64,000 nucleotides of DNA from Escherichia phage RudolfBernhard_Bas96, in sequence record PQ850623.1. The stretch is one strand, 5' to 3'. This document shows, piece by piece, positions 9,845 to 21,738 of the stretch (position 1 is its first letter; every line of letters starts with the position of its first letter). The position numbers and the translations under genes are program-made. The notes under the pieces are model-generated. The model did no database searches. It saw only the letters and a program-made list of their open reading frames with translations, and was not told the DNA's origin.

Positions 9845-12115
9845 ATGGAACACCAAGACACTTTTAAGCCTTTACCAGACCCGGCTCAATCAGAGAAGCT
9901 AACGGACTGGAAGAAGGAACCAAGTATCCAATTACTGAAGGGTGATTTGGAATCAGCTAAACCTGCTCACGATGCAATTATGGCCCAGATTCGTGAGTGG
10001 AATGACCTAATGGAAGTCAAAGGTAAAGCTAAACCCCCAAAGGTTAAAGGTCGTTCACAAGTCCAACCTAGACTGGTTCGCCGTCAGGCAGAGTGGCGAT
10101 ATGCTCCATTGTCCGAGCCGTTCCTCTCATCTAATAAACTCTTTAAAGTAACTCCAGTTACTTTTGAAGATGAGTTAGCTGCACGTCAGAACGAATTAGT
10201 TCTTAACTACCAATTCCGTACACAGCTTAATAAAGTAAAACTAGTGGATGATTACGTACACAGTGTCGTAGATGACGGTACTGGTATTGCTCGTATTGGT
10301 TGGGAACGTAAGACTGTTAAGATTAAAACAGAAACACCAGTCTTCCAGTTGTATCCAATTGAGAATCAGGAACAGGCAGATGTTCTTCAACAGGCTTTAC
10401 AGCTCCAGGCTGAGAATCCTCGTGAGTATGATGAAACTATGCCGGAAGATATTAAAGAAGCTGTTAACTACTTTAATGAAACTGGAGAAGCTACCTATGC
10501 AATCCAGACAGGGGTTACTGAGGTAGAAGTAGAGAAGGCACTGGTTAACAGACCTACTGTTGAAATGCTTAACCCCAATAACGTAGTTATTGACCCAAGC
10601 TGTAATGGCGATTTGGAAAAGGCTCTGTACGCAGTTATCTCGTTTGAGACATGCAAAGCAGACCTCATGAAGAATAAAGACCGTTATCACAACTTAGATA
10701 AGATTGACTGGGAAAGTTCTAGTCCTATAACTGACCCAGACCATGAGAGTAAAACCCCTAGTGACTTCCAGTTTAAGGATGCACTTCGTAAGAAGGTTGT
10801 TGCTTACGAGTACTGGGGATTTTACGACATCAATGATGATGGTTCTCTGGAACCAATTGTTGCTACCTGGATTGGTTCTACTCTTATCCGTATGGAGAAG
10901 AACCCATTTCCAGATGGTAAATTACCCTTAGTAGTTGTTCCTTACATGCCTCGTAAACGCGAACTCTTTGGTGAAGCTGACGCTGAACTGCTGGGGGATA
11001 ACCAAGCAATTCTTGGTGCAACTATGCGTGGGATGATTGACCTGTTAGGTCGAAGTGCAAATGGACAACGTGGTTATCCTAAAGGGATGTTGGATACACT
11101 GAACCGACGTCGATATGACGATGGGCAAGACTATGAATATAACCCAATGCAGGGTAATCCTAGTCAGGCCATTATGGAGCATAAGTTCCCTGAGTTACCC
11201 CAGTCGGCAATAGTAATGACTCAGATGCAAAACCAGGAAGCTGAATCACTAACTGGTGTTAAAGCATTCTCAGGTGGTGTAACTGGTTCAGCTTATGGAG
11301 ATGTGGCTGCTGGTATTCGTGGTGCACTTGATGCAGCATCCAAACGTGAGATGGCAATCCTTCGTCGATTAGCTAAGGGTATGGCAGACATTGGTACTAA
11401 GATTTGTGCAATGAATGCTGTGTTCTTATCTGAGAAAGAAGTAGTACGTATTACTAACGAGCAGTATGTAGAGATTAACCGTGAAGACCTTAAAGGTAAC
11501 TTCGACATTGAGGTTGATATTAATACTGCTGAAATTGATAACCAGAAATCCCAGGACTTGAGCTTCATGGTTCAAACATTGGGTAATACGGTTGACCAAA
11601 CTATTACGTTATCTCTTGTAGCTAAGATTGCAGAACTTAAACGTATGCCTGACCTGGCTCATGAGTTACGTACTTGGCAACCACAACCGGACCCTATGGA
11701 AGAACAGCTTAAGCAACTGGCAATTCAGAAAGCACAGCTTGAGAATGAAGAGTTACAAAGCAAGATTGCACTCAATATGGCTAAGGCTAAAGAGGCTGCT
11801 TCTGCTGGTGACCTTAAAGACCTGGATTATCTGGAACAGGAATCTGGTACTAAACATGCCCGTGATATGGAAAAACAAAAAGCACAATCTCAAGGAAACC
11901 AGAACCTTCAAATAACTAAGGCATTGACAACACCTATTAAAGAAGGGGAAACTACCCCCAACATATCTGCAGCTGTTGGATATAATACTTTGACTAACGG
12001 GAACTCTATACCAGAACGTGATTTAGCTGCTCAGCAAGACCCGGCTTATTCACTTAGTTCCCAATACTATGACCCTCGCCAAGACCCAGCATCGGCTCTT
12101 GGCATGAACCTGTAA
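9845..12115 (+). CDS. Portal protein (N4 gp59-like)
   Basis: 756 aa, size and position between lysis cassette and scaffold/capsid genes; no single diagnostic motif asserted. Confidence 0.7.
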   Translation: MEHQDTFKPLPDPAQSEKLTDWKKEPSIQLLKGDLESAKPAHDAIMAQIREWNDLMEVKGKAKPPKVKGRSQVQPRLVRRQAEWRYAPLSEPFLSSNKLFKVTPVTFEDELAARQNELVLNYQFRTQLNKVKLVDDYVHSVVDDGTGIARIGWERKTVKIKTETPVFQLYPIENQEQADVLQQALQLQAENPREYDETMPEDIKEAVNYFNETGEATYAIQTGVTEVEVEKALVNRPTVEMLNPNNVVIDPSCNGDLEKALYAVISFETCKADLMKNKDRYHNLDKIDWESSSPITDPDHESKTPSDFQFKDALRKKVVAYEYWGFYDINDDGSLEPIVATWIGSTLIRMEKNPFPDGKLPLVVVPYMPRKRELFGEADAELLGDNQAILGATMRGMIDLLGRSANGQRGYPKGMLDTLNRRRYDDGQDYEYNPMQGNPSQAIMEHKFPELPQSAIVMTQMQNQEAESLTGVKAFSGGVTGSAYGDVAAGIRGALDAASKREMAILRRLAKGMADIGTKICAMNAVFLSEKEVVRITNEQYVEINREDLKGNFDIEVDINTAEIDNQKSQDLSFMVQTLGNTVDQTITLSLVAKIAELKRMPDLAHELRTWQPQPDPMEEQLKQLAIQKAQLENEELQSKIALNMAKAKEAASAGDLKDLDYLEQESGTKHARDMEKQKAQSQGNQNLQITKALTTPIKEGETTPNISAAVGYNTLTNGNSIPERDLAAQQDPAYSLSSQYYDPRQDPASALGMNL

Positions 12116-12128
12116 GGCAGACCTTCAC

Positions 12129-12473
12129 ATGAGTAAAGAATCAACAATCGCTGGACTGGAACATCGACTGGAAGCTGCTAAAGGTGCAGTTGCACATGCA
12201 GAAGATGTACGTAAACTTCTGGAGAACCCACTGTTCCGTAAAGTAATCCTTCGCCAGTTCTGTACTGAAGATTGTGCACGTTACGTGCAAGAGTCTGGTG
12301 ACCCACTGCTTGAAGCAAATAACCGTGCAGATGCATTGAACATGGCTCAAGCTGCTGGTCACTTACGTCGTTGGCTCGACCTCGCTATTCGTATGGGCGA
12401 AAACGAAGCTGATGTTATTCTACAGGTAGAAGAAGAACTCGACGCAGTTCGTGCTGAACCTGAAGACGAATAA
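12129..12473 (+). CDS. Hypothetical protein (head-morphogenesis region)
   Basis: 114-aa ORF, tight spacing in the operon. Confidence 0.4.
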   Translation: MSKESTIAGLEHRLEAAKGAVAHAEDVRKLLENPLFRKVILRQFCTEDCARYVQESGDPLLEANNRADALNMAQAAGHLRRWLDLAIRMGENEADVILQVEEELDAVRAEPEDE

Positions 12474-12492
12474 TTAACCGGAGATATTTCCT

Positions 12493-13713
12493 ATGACTAC
12501 GGAAGCTGCAACCACAGCTTCCGACATTCTCGCAATGTCGGATGATGAGATTCTGAATATGGAAGCCCCAGCAATTATCGCTGAGGAAGATACTTCCACT
12601 CAGAACAACCCAGAAACCAACGGCGTACAGACTCCTGATGAAGAAGTTGACACCCCTGCTGTTGAAGACCTACCAACCGAAGAAACCTCCCCTGAAGCCG
12701 AACCAGATGAAGAAGATTCAGCAAATACTTTAACTTCTGATAAAGTTGATGATAAAGTTGTTGACACAGAAGTTGATAGTAACGGTGAGCCGATTACTAA
12801 AGCTGAACCTTCTACTACTGAACCAGGCCAGGAACAGGAAGAAGAAGGCAAACAGTCTGAAGGTCTGCCTGCTGACTTCAACTATAAGGAAGGTTACGAA
12901 AAGTTGATGGCTCCTTTTAAAGCTAACGGCAAAGTGATTACTCCCCGTTCACCGGAGGAGGCCATTAGCCTGATGCAGATGGGTGCTAACTATACTCGTA
13001 AGATGCAAGAACTAAAGCCTTACCGTAAGGTAATGCTGATGTTACAGAACAACGGTTTAATGGATGAGGATAAACTTTCTTTCCTTATTGACCTGGATAA
13101 AAAGAATCCAGAAGCCATTAAGAAGTTGCTCAAAGACTCTGGTACAGATCCTCTGGACTTTAACCCAGATGAGGAAATTAACTACCAGGGTGGCAATCAC
13201 CGTGTTACCGACACCGAAGCAGATTTTGCAACCGAAATTGACGACTTAAAGTCTACTCAAGAAGGACAAGCTACATTAGGTGTTATCGGCTCGACATGGG
13301 ATGCTGCCAGTAAAGATGCTCTTTACCAGAATCGTGGCCTACTCCAGACTATTCACGAACAACGTGAGAATGGTATTTATGACACCATTGCAAACGAAGT
13401 GAACCGTCTTCAGATGTTAGGCCAGATTCCGGTAGGTACTCCGTTCATTCAGGCTTATAACCACGTCGGTAACCTCCTTGCACAACAAGGGGCATTTAAC
13501 CGAGTGGCTAAGCCAGAATCGGTACAAGCAGTCAAGCCAGTGGTTCAGCCGGTAGTGCGTGTAGCACAACCTAAGCAGACTCTGGCTAACAGTGAGCAAG
13601 CTAAAGCAGCTTCCCTTAATCGGGCTGCTACACGTAAAGCAACACCTATTGTAAACCCACTCGCTATGAGTGATGAAGATTTCGCTAAACTCCCAGTACC
13701 GGGTAGTCTTTAA
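12493..13713 (+). CDS. Scaffolding-like protein with highly acidic Pro/Glu/Thr-rich N-terminal region
   Basis: 406 aa directly upstream of the major capsid gene; acidic low-complexity N-terminus; GGAGA RBS. Confidence 0.4.
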   Translation: MTTEAATTASDILAMSDDEILNMEAPAIIAEEDTSTQNNPETNGVQTPDEEVDTPAVEDLPTEETSPEAEPDEEDSANTLTSDKVDDKVVDTEVDSNGEPITKAEPSTTEPGQEQEEEGKQSEGLPADFNYKEGYEKLMAPFKANGKVITPRSPEEAISLMQMGANYTRKMQELKPYRKVMLMLQNNGLMDEDKLSFLIDLDKKNPEAIKKLLKDSGTDPLDFNPDEEINYQGGNHRVTDTEADFATEIDDLKSTQEGQATLGVIGSTWDAASKDALYQNRGLLQTIHEQRENGIYDTIANEVNRLQMLGQIPVGTPFIQAYNHVGNLLAQQGAFNRVAKPESVQAVKPVVQPVVRVAQPKQTLANSEQAKAASLNRAATRKATPIVNPLAMSDEDFAKLPVPGSL

Positions 13714-13729
13714 ACAGGAATAAGATGAT

Positions 13730-14932
13730 ATGTTAAATTATAACGCCCCAATTGACGGTCAGAAATCTAGCATTGATGGTGCTGGTTCCGACCAGATGAA
13801 TACCTATTACTGGCTGAAGAAGGCTATTATTCAGTCTCGTAAAGACCAGTACTTCATGCCTCTGGCTAACACCATTAACATGCCGAAGAACTACGGTAAA
13901 ACTGTTAAGGTGTATGAGTACGTTCCACTGCTTGACGATAAGAACATTAACGACCAGGGTATTGATGCTAATGGCGCTACCATCGTTAATGGTAACCTGT
14001 ACGGTTCTTCCAGAGACGTTGGTAACATCACTTCTAAACTGCCTCTGCTGACAGAGAACGGTGGTCGTGTTAACCGTGTGGGCTTTACTCGTCTGTCTCG
14101 TGAAGGTTCCATCCATAAGTTCGGTTTCTTCTACGAATTTACTCAAGAGTCCTTGGACTTTGATTCTGATGATCAACTGAAAGAACACCTGTCTCGTGAA
14201 CTGATGAACGGTGCTGTACAGTTGACTGAAGCTGTTCTCCAGAAAGACCTGTTGGCTGCTGCTGGTACTGTATTGTATGCAGGTGCTGCTACCTCCGATG
14301 CCACCATCACTGGTGAAGGTTCTACCCCGTCCGTAGTTTCTTATAAGAACCTGATGCGTCTTGACCAGATTCTTACTGAGAACCGTACTCCGACTCAGAC
14401 TACTATCATCACTGGTTCTAAACTTACCGATACCAAAGTACTTGGTGGTACTCGTGTAATGTACGTTGGTTCTGAACTGGTTCCAGAACTGAAAGCGATG
14501 AAAGACCTGTTCGGTAACAAAGCATTCATCGAGGTTCAGCACTATGCTGATGCCGGTACTCTGATGAATGGTGAGATTGGTTGTATCGACAAGTTCCGTA
14601 TTATTCAGGTTCCTGAGATGCTGCATTGGGCAGGTGCTGGTGCTCAGGTTACTACTAACCCGGGTTATCGCTCTTCTATGGTTAGTGGGCAAGAACACTA
14701 CGACGTATTCCCGATGCTGGTAGTTGGTGATGACTCCTTCTCTACCATTGGCTTCCAGACTGATGGTAAGTCTGTTAAGTTCTCCATCATGACTAAGATG
14801 CCTGGTCGAGAAACTGCTGACCGTAATGACCCGTATGGTGAGACTGGCTTTAGTTCCATCAAGTGGTACTACGGTATTCTGGTTAAACGTCCAGAACGTC
14901 TGGCTCTGATTAAGACTGTTGCTCCTCTGTAA
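13730..14932 (+). CDS. Major capsid protein (N4 gp56-like)
   Basis: 400 aa; position after scaffold; followed by a strong hairpin terminator, typical of the highly expressed capsid gene. Confidence 0.7.
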   Translation: MLNYNAPIDGQKSSIDGAGSDQMNTYYWLKKAIIQSRKDQYFMPLANTINMPKNYGKTVKVYEYVPLLDDKNINDQGIDANGATIVNGNLYGSSRDVGNITSKLPLLTENGGRVNRVGFTRLSREGSIHKFGFFYEFTQESLDFDSDDQLKEHLSRELMNGAVQLTEAVLQKDLLAAAGTVLYAGAATSDATITGEGSTPSVVSYKNLMRLDQILTENRTPTQTTIITGSKLTDTKVLGGTRVMYVGSELVPELKAMKDLFGNKAFIEVQHYADAGTLMNGEIGCIDKFRIIQVPEMLHWAGAGAQVTTNPGYRSSMVSGQEHYDVFPMLVVGDDSFSTIGFQTDGKSVKFSIMTKMPGRETADRNDPYGETGFSSIKWYYGILVKRPERLALIKTVAPL

Positions 14933-14947
14933 TAGTCCTAAATAAAA

Positions 14948-14976
14948 CAAGGGGGACATAAGTCCCCCTCTTAATA
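14948..14976 (+). terminator. Hairpin terminator after the major capsid gene
   Basis: GGGGGAC-ATAA-GTCCCCC perfect 7-bp stem at 14951-14968, then TCTTAAT. Confidence 0.5.
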
Positions 14977-14999
14977 AAACTAGTTGAACCACAGGAAAT

Positions 15000-15641
15000 A
15001 TGAACATGAGCATTAACGATAAACCGACCACTGACGTAGAACTGGACGTACAGGGCAACGAAGATACCGTTAACGATATTGCAATGCCTAGCGAACTTGA
15101 AGTTCTTAAGCAACGTGCAACGTTGATGAATATTAAGTTCTCTAACAACATCTCCGTTGAGAAGCTCCGTGAGAAGATTGAAGCTGCACAAGCAAAAGAC
15201 GAACCAGAAGTAAAAGAATCTGCTGTTAACCCTTTGGGTGAAAAACAGGAAGCTGGTGTTAAGAAAATGACCCTGGGTCAGAAGATTCGTGCAGAACAGA
15301 CTCGACTGATTCGTGTACGTATCCAGAACCTTGATCCCAAGAAGAAAGACCTGCCGGGTGAGATTATCACCGTAGCTAACGAATATATGGGTACTGTACG
15401 TAAGTTTGTTCCATTCGGTGAAGTCACCGACAATGGTTATCATATTCCGTACTGTATTTACGAGTTCCTTAAAGAGCGTAAGTTCATCAACATTACGACT
15501 CGTAAAGGTAAGAATGGCTTACCGGATATCCGTGCAACAGAAGCACGAGAGTTCTCCATTGAAGTATTGCCTCCGCTGACTGAAGCAGAATTGGCTCAAC
15601 TGGCTCAAGCACAGATTGCTGCTGGTAGCCTGAACGATTAA
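15000..15641 (+). CDS. Hypothetical virion-associated protein
   Basis: 213-aa ORF with ACAGGAAA RBS; structural-module synteny. Confidence 0.4.
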   Translation: MNMSINDKPTTDVELDVQGNEDTVNDIAMPSELEVLKQRATLMNIKFSNNISVEKLREKIEAAQAKDEPEVKESAVNPLGEKQEAGVKKMTLGQKIRAEQTRLIRVRIQNLDPKKKDLPGEIITVANEYMGTVRKFVPFGEVTDNGYHIPYCIYEFLKERKFINITTRKGKNGLPDIRATEAREFSIEVLPPLTEAELAQLAQAQIAAGSLND

Positions 15642-15717
15642 CGTATAAGCTACAGTTCAACACGGCTCACTGGGGTAACTCCGTGGGCCGTTTCTTTTTG
15701 AACCAAGAGGAATGATT

Positions 15718-16554
15718 ATGTCTTGTTCTGCTGAGGTAGAAGCTAACCGACTCCTAGAAGAGTTAACTAAGGGTGATGACTTTACCCTCCCTGACATTGA
15801 TATGTCTGGTCCTGAATGGGATATCCCTGGTGGTGATAATTCCCCAATCTTTGATGCTATTACTAAAGTAACAAATGAATCACTTACTACCCGTGAAGTA
15901 GGTGGTAGTGGTACGTTTGATGCATTAATGGAATCTGCACACAATCACCTTAAAGCTGAGTTTAAAGCTAATCGTATTACTGGTGGTGAATATACCAAAG
16001 CATACATTGCTATGATGGAATCGTGCATGAGTAATGCTGTTCAGTTTTTACTTGGTCGTGACCAAGCATACTGGGCTGCTGCTATGGCACAGATTCAGGC
16101 AGTTACTGCACGTGTTCAATTGGCAACCTCTAAAGCACAGTTTGTACTGGCTAAGATTCAGGCACTGTCTGCTAAGAGTGAATATGCTCTCACTAAGATG
16201 AAGATTGCTACCGAGTCTGAAACATACTGTGCTGCATTGTTTAATGCTGACCAGATGTTACCTCAACAGCTTAAACTGATTACTGAGCAGACCGAAGCAC
16301 AACGTGCACAGACACTGGATACCCGAAGTGATGGGGCTACTGTTACTGGTTCCGTAGGTAAGCAGAAAGAGTTGTACTCTCAACAGATTACTTCTTATCA
16401 ACGTGATGCAGAAGTTAAAGCATCTAAGTTGTTTACCGATGCATGGATTACACAGAAGACTATTGATGAAGGCTTGAACCCACCTAATGGTTTCACTAAC
16501 GCAAGTATTGATACCATTCTGACCAAGCTGAAGTCTAACAACGGGCTGAACTAA
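15718..16554 (+). CDS. Virion structural protein (N4 gp54-like by position)
   Basis: ORF with AGAGGAA RBS 7 nt before ATG 15718; track start 15712 lies too close to the RBS. Confidence 0.4.
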   Translation: MSCSAEVEANRLLEELTKGDDFTLPDIDMSGPEWDIPGGDNSPIFDAITKVTNESLTTREVGGSGTFDALMESAHNHLKAEFKANRITGGEYTKAYIAMMESCMSNAVQFLLGRDQAYWAAAMAQIQAVTARVQLATSKAQFVLAKIQALSAKSEYALTKMKIATESETYCAALFNADQMLPQQLKLITEQTEAQRAQTLDTRSDGATVTGSVGKQKELYSQQITSYQRDAEVKASKLFTDAWITQKTIDEGLNPPNGFTNASIDTILTKLKSNNGLN

Positions 16555-16555
16555 T

Positions 16556-19210
16556 ATGGGCTTATTCAGTGGGAAGACCAAAGTATACGTAGCATCCTCT
16601 GTCTATAACATGGCAGGGGATATACACAAACGTCCAAACTATATGAAGACTGTAGTCATCGGTAAGATTGTTGCTGATACAGGATTCACTATGGCAGACA
16701 CTATCTCTGATAGTTATCTGAATGGACCGGGTATTCGTATGCGATTGTTCTCCAGCTGGAGTAAGAATCACTATGATTCAGAAGTTGGTATGGCTGGTTC
16801 TTCATTAGGTGTACTGGCTAAGATTGACCCTACTGTTATAGAGGGTCAAATTACTCCACCTGCTGGTGAATCAGTCTATGTTCAGGCAGCAGAGATTGGC
16901 TTTGCTGACTTTGAGCAATGGTGTGACCAATATCTTTATGAGAATGCCCCAAGTCGAATCATGGAACGATTCGACGTAGACATTGATGAAGATACCAATG
17001 AAATTACTATGACCTCCCTGGATGGGGGTTCTACCATTACATTCACACCTACTAACTTTGAACCAGGTGCTTTGTATCTCTATGCTGATTACACATTCTA
17101 TAAGTCTCCATCTACCAATCCACCGGTAGTAGGACCGACTACTGTCTATGATAGTGAAGGCGACTTACCGTCTACTTTGTTATGGACCACTATCTCAAGC
17201 GATACTACAGCTAATACAACCAATCTTACTAAGACTATACAGACCCATTCTGTTTACTCTGATGGTAGACCAGATGAAGACAATACTGTCACTGAACCAA
17301 GCGTAGATAACTGGAACTCTTACGTTAAGGTTTATCGTAGAGGGTTTACTGAGAAACCCGATGATGTGACTGTAGTTGTATCTGACAGGGTAATGACTCA
17401 TAAAAAGTTTGGTGAGGTTCAGTCCAGTACTACTGTAACTACTAATGTAGTTGATATAGGTGGTGGTGTTACTCGGACTGACACAATCACCACAACTACA
17501 GAGACACTGGTTCGTAAGTATTCATCCCAGACTACCCGTACTGATACAGAGATGACTGCTGTTGGTACACCTAAGATGCTTATCTATAAGCAGAACTCAG
17601 GCAACGTTGCACTCGATTCACTGTTTGAAACTGAGGCTACTGATAACCGATTCTATCCATTCATTCCAATCAGGAATGATAAACAATGGGTAGAGAATGA
17701 TCCAATCTACCCCCACTGTAAGAAGGCACTCTATAAAGCTACTGGTGGTAAGCTTGATAAAGTAGTAACCGAGCTTAAGAAGAACGACGACATAGGTGAT
17801 ATCCAGTACATCTATGGCACATTCGGTGTATCTCTTAATACTCCAGAAGATACTGCTAAGGAATACATCTACCGTTTCTTTCAGATGGCTACTGAAGCAT
17901 TCCCACCTGACCCAACCTACCCTACATTGGAAGCAGTGATTGCAGGTTATCAGGCAGCAAATGATGCAGTCGATGCATACGTAGAATGGTGGAACAGGCA
18001 GGAAGGTCAGATTGTTGGAACACCTCCTCCCTTGCCAGAATATCCTGTCATACCTAAGCGAGAGTTTAGGGTACATAGTAATAAGCAGTACAAGTATGAC
18101 ATGACTATTGGTTGGAACTATGTGTCTGAAACTGCTCATTCTGGTGAAGCATGGTCTGGTGCTAAGCAAGGACAACTTCGAGCCAGATATGCAGGGGATA
18201 TAACTCTTACTCGTAAGAACATACGTACTGCTAGTAACTCTGGTTCGACTAAGAAGCTGGAAGTTACCACTACGTTTTATTCCATGCAGGAGTATGAGTT
18301 GCTTTGGCAGGACGGTAACAACACCTACCGTAAACTTAGAGTACTGGGTCTGAACCATAACAATAGGGTATATAAAAATAAGTCAGTGAGTATTGATGTT
18401 GCTGAAGCAATGGGCGATGCAGAAGAGAGTGGGTTCATTATCCCACTACACACTAACATCTACCGTTCAATGTCACTGACTCGTAGTACCCAACTGTCTA
18501 CTGCCTGTTCCTACTTAGTTATGAACTCGTATAAGAAGGTTAAACAGAAGTGGTATCAAACCTCTGCCTTTAAGATTGTAGTTGTTGTGGTTGCTGTCGT
18601 TGTATCCGTATTCACTATGGGTACTGGTGGTGCAGGTATTCTTGGGGCATATGGTGCAGTTGGTGCATCGCTAGGTTTTGTTGGATTGGCTGCTGTAATA
18701 GTGGGTGCTGTAGCAAACGCCATTGCTGCAATGATTCTGATATCTATTATTACTAAAGTATCCACTTCACTGTTTGGTGATAAGCTAGGTTTTATCATTG
18801 CTGCTGTTGCTTCAATGGTAGCCATGAACGTTGGTACTGCTATGTCTACTGGTACATCCTTATCTACCTTAGCTAGTGAAATGATGAATGCTCAGAACAT
18901 CATGCAACTTACCAGTTCAGTAGGTAACGGCATTAGCCAGTATATTAATGCATCTACGGCTGCTACTATTCAGAAAGCAGAGAGTGTAATGCAGCAGTAC
19001 AATACTGATATGATGGCAATCAATAAGCAGTATGAAGAAATGTTTGGTACTGCTGGGCAGGGTGTAATTGACCCCATGCAATTCGTGTCAATGGAGTCGA
19101 TGGATTCTTTCCTCTCACGTACTCTCATGACTGGTTCGGATATAGCTGACATGTCTTTAAACATGGTTGGCAGCTACTCTGATATGACTCTTAATACTGA
19201 CCTTGTTTAA
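16556..19210 (+). CDS. Large internal virion/ejection protein with strongly hydrophobic C-terminal membrane segments
   Basis: 884 aa; ~100-aa stretch VVVVVAVVVSVFTMGTGGAGILGAYGAVGASLGFVGLAAVIVGAVANAIAAMILISII... (~nt 18570-18850) predicts several TM helices. Confidence 0.45.
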   Translation: MGLFSGKTKVYVASSVYNMAGDIHKRPNYMKTVVIGKIVADTGFTMADTISDSYLNGPGIRMRLFSSWSKNHYDSEVGMAGSSLGVLAKIDPTVIEGQITPPAGESVYVQAAEIGFADFEQWCDQYLYENAPSRIMERFDVDIDEDTNEITMTSLDGGSTITFTPTNFEPGALYLYADYTFYKSPSTNPPVVGPTTVYDSEGDLPSTLLWTTISSDTTANTTNLTKTIQTHSVYSDGRPDEDNTVTEPSVDNWNSYVKVYRRGFTEKPDDVTVVVSDRVMTHKKFGEVQSSTTVTTNVVDIGGGVTRTDTITTTTETLVRKYSSQTTRTDTEMTAVGTPKMLIYKQNSGNVALDSLFETEATDNRFYPFIPIRNDKQWVENDPIYPHCKKALYKATGGKLDKVVTELKKNDDIGDIQYIYGTFGVSLNTPEDTAKEYIYRFFQMATEAFPPDPTYPTLEAVIAGYQAANDAVDAYVEWWNRQEGQIVGTPPPLPEYPVIPKREFRVHSNKQYKYDMTIGWNYVSETAHSGEAWSGAKQGQLRARYAGDITLTRKNIRTASNSGSTKKLEVTTTFYSMQEYELLWQDGNNTYRKLRVLGLNHNNRVYKNKSVSIDVAEAMGDAEESGFIIPLHTNIYRSMSLTRSTQLSTACSYLVMNSYKKVKQKWYQTSAFKIVVVVVAVVVSVFTMGTGGAGILGAYGAVGASLGFVGLAAVIVGAVANAIAAMILISIITKVSTSLFGDKLGFIIAAVASMVAMNVGTAMSTGTSLSTLASEMMNAQNIMQLTSSVGNGISQYINASTAATIQKAESVMQQYNTDMMAINKQYEEMFGTAGQGVIDPMQFVSMESMDSFLSRTLMTGSDIADMSLNMVGSYSDMTLNTDLV

Positions 19211-19223
19211 CAGGAGAATCCCC

Positions 19224-19667
19224 ATGGATTTGTCATTCTTAACAGGCAACCAAACCCCACAGCCAGCTGCTATGTCTTGGATGTCTAATAACAATCAAAA
19301 CTTTAATACCCCAGCTATGAACTACAATCCGGGTGCAACTATTGGTATGAATGCAGGTACAGGGTTAGCTACCCCTGCATCTTTCTTATCTGGTTCAGCT
19401 AATCAGTTGGGTATGAACGTACCTACCTTTCAACTAGGACTTGGTGCACTTGGTTCCTTAGCTGGTATCTATAGTGGTTTCCAGGCCAACAAACTAGCCA
19501 AAGACCAGTTGAACTTCACTAAGAGTGTTACTAACACTAACCTGAATAATCAGATTAAGTCTTATAACACTGCACTGGAAGACCGTGCTCGTAGTCGTGC
19601 TACAGCAGAGAACCGTGACCAGTCTTCGGCTGATGCTTATATTGCAGCTAATAAACTAACCCGTTAA
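19224..19667 (+). CDS. Small virion protein (N4 gp52-like by position)
   Basis: Start at ATG 19224 with AGGAGA RBS; Asn/Gln/Gly-rich. Confidence 0.4.
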   Translation: MDLSFLTGNQTPQPAAMSWMSNNNQNFNTPAMNYNPGATIGMNAGTGLATPASFLSGSANQLGMNVPTFQLGLGALGSLAGIYSGFQANKLAKDQLNFTKSVTNTNLNNQIKSYNTALEDRARSRATAENRDQSSADAYIAANKLTR

Positions 19668-19679
19668 TAGGAAACCATC

Positions 19680-21644
19680 ATGGCTCAGATAACGTGGAGA
19701 AATGTTGATGCACCTAACTTCTCTGGAGTTGGTGACAGCATTCGCACATTTGGCAACATGATTGGTAACGCCACCTCCGGCTTAAGTGATGCACTGGGTA
19801 ATTTCCAGAACGCTGCCAAGCAGGAGGCTGGCAATGCCGTCATGATGAATGCTATGCAGTACCAAGACCCTAATGAGTACCGTAATGCTTTGGCATCTGG
19901 TGCACTGTTTCAGGGAGTTGACCCTTCACTGGTAAACCAGCGTACCCTCCAAAACCTGGATGAGCGAGCAGGTACACTACTGACTCAACAAGGTCAGCAG
20001 GGAACCAATGACTACAATTCTTATGTCTTTGACCGTTTACGGAATACTAATACTGCATTAGATAATGCCTCCCCTGCTATCCGTTTACTGTCTGAGGCAT
20101 ACCAGTCTGGTGACCAGAATCGTATCAATACTGCGTTGGAACAGACACGTGATACATTGTCTGCACTCCCTGCCGACCAACAGCTTGAGCTGATGACCAG
20201 TCTCCAAGGTCAGGGTGGTCAGGCTATTAATCAGGCACAGAACCGTTTTGATTTGGGTGTTGCTCAACGTAATGATGCTGATAGTCAGGCAGCTATGGGT
20301 GTAATGTCACAGATTACTCGCGGTGCTGAGAACCCCAATGATGCCCGTCTGTTAGCAGAAGCATATAGCAAGAACCTGTCTCCGGTTGCACAGGCACGTT
20401 TGCAGGAAATGCTTGCACGAGCATATCCGGGTGTTTACGGTAATAATGTTGGTGCTACGTCTGCTCCAGGTACTGCTGGTACACGTCAGGGTTCCCCTTA
20501 CGATGTTACTTACCAGTTTGCTGGTACATCTACTCCTATTACTCAAATGAGTATTGGTGATGTAATTAAACACCAGGATGGTATGAAGTCGAAGCAGGGT
20601 GCTTCTCCTGTTGGTGCATTCCAAATTAACCAAGCTACTCTGCTAGACTTCGCTCCCAAAGTTCTTGGTTCAGATTGGCAAAGCCAGCCTCTTTCTCCTG
20701 AGAACCAGGATAAGATTGGTAAGGCTATCTTCGAGGCCCGTAAGAACGGTAACCTTAAAGATACCTGGGCTGCTCTGCCTAACTCTACCCCAGGTGCTTA
20801 TAAGGATATGACTTGGGAACAGATTAAACCTGTTATTGCCCAAGCAGAAGTGGGGGCTGACCCTCTTGCTATGGTTCAGAATAATCAAGGTAATCAGGCA
20901 GTATCTACTCTGACTCAGGGTATGATTGGTACTCGTTCTATGCAGGATAATACCGGTAGTCTTAATACTGATTTCCTTGGTACTGTCACTGATAATACCC
21001 CGGTAGGTGAGATTGCTAACCGTCTGTTGGAGGGTGATTTTAAAGGTGCTGACCGTAACTGGGTACTGAACCGACTGAACGATATTTCTCAACGTGGGAA
21101 CATGTCACCAGCTATGGCTGCTGCTGTTATGCAACGTGCACAGACTGGCGTACCAGAAGGTTATATTAGCCGTGCTATTGATGCAGTTAACCCATTCATT
21201 ACTAATGAAGCCGGTAATGGTATGCGTCTTAATGACCGTCAGGTAGAACAGTTAATTGAGGGTGTGAAACGGGGAGAGCCACTGGAAGGTAGCGTTCGTA
21301 ACCTGGGTCGTGCTCAAGCTATGCAGAATATTCAGGCAGCACAGACTGCATATGATGCTGCTGTAGCTGCACTGGCAAATACCCAGAATAAGATTAACAC
21401 CGGACAAAGTGGTCTTACTGCACTGTTACCTGCACGTCAGGAGGCTGTTACTAAAGCTGCTGCAATGCTCCAAGCTGCACTGGCACAAGTACAAGCTGAC
21501 CCGGCTAACCTGGCTCCAAGAGGTTTCCAGTCACAGACTAGTGTGGACAGGGCACGAGCCAAGGAAGATGAAGAACGTGCTGCACGATACTTACGTCAGG
21601 CACAAGGATTGCCTGAGTATATGCAACCAAGACAAAATCGGTAA
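19680..21644 (+). CDS. Virion protein (N4 gp51-like by position), Gln/Asn/Ala-rich
   Basis: 654-aa ORF with TAGGAAA RBS, immediately upstream of the vRNAP gene. Confidence 0.4.
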   Translation: MAQITWRNVDAPNFSGVGDSIRTFGNMIGNATSGLSDALGNFQNAAKQEAGNAVMMNAMQYQDPNEYRNALASGALFQGVDPSLVNQRTLQNLDERAGTLLTQQGQQGTNDYNSYVFDRLRNTNTALDNASPAIRLLSEAYQSGDQNRINTALEQTRDTLSALPADQQLELMTSLQGQGGQAINQAQNRFDLGVAQRNDADSQAAMGVMSQITRGAENPNDARLLAEAYSKNLSPVAQARLQEMLARAYPGVYGNNVGATSAPGTAGTRQGSPYDVTYQFAGTSTPITQMSIGDVIKHQDGMKSKQGASPVGAFQINQATLLDFAPKVLGSDWQSQPLSPENQDKIGKAIFEARKNGNLKDTWAALPNSTPGAYKDMTWEQIKPVIAQAEVGADPLAMVQNNQGNQAVSTLTQGMIGTRSMQDNTGSLNTDFLGTVTDNTPVGEIANRLLEGDFKGADRNWVLNRLNDISQRGNMSPAMAAAVMQRAQTGVPEGYISRAIDAVNPFITNEAGNGMRLNDRQVEQLIEGVKRGEPLEGSVRNLGRAQAMQNIQAAQTAYDAAVAALANTQNKINTGQSGLTALLPARQEAVTKAAAMLQAALAQVQADPANLAPRGFQSQTSVDRARAKEDEERAARYLRQAQGLPEYMQPRQNR

Positions 21645-21653
21645 TACTAATAA

Positions 21654-21677
21654 AAGCCCTACGGGGCTTTTTTCTTT
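21654..21677 (+). terminator. Rho-independent terminator between gp51-like gene and the vRNAP gene
   Basis: AGCCC-TACG-GGGCT hairpin followed by TTTTTT (21668-21673). Confidence 0.55.
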
Positions 21678-21738
21678 AACTGGCTTACTGTAGAGTAAGT
21701 TACCTATATACGATATAAGTTTGAACAGGAAACATGCT

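Noticed and set aside
13733-15151. 472-aa ORF on the minus strand overlapping the whole major capsid gene
   Set aside because: Antisense to a well-supported, highly expressed structural gene; low-complexity Ser/Thr/Leu-rich translation typical of a shadow ORF; breaks the otherwise strict strand polarity of the module.
21721-21738. TTG start for the vRNAP proposed by the longest-ORF track
   Set aside because: An in-frame ATG at 21739 is preceded by an AGGAAA RBS at optimal spacing, while the TTG lacks one; the ATG start was preferred, shifting residue numbering by six.
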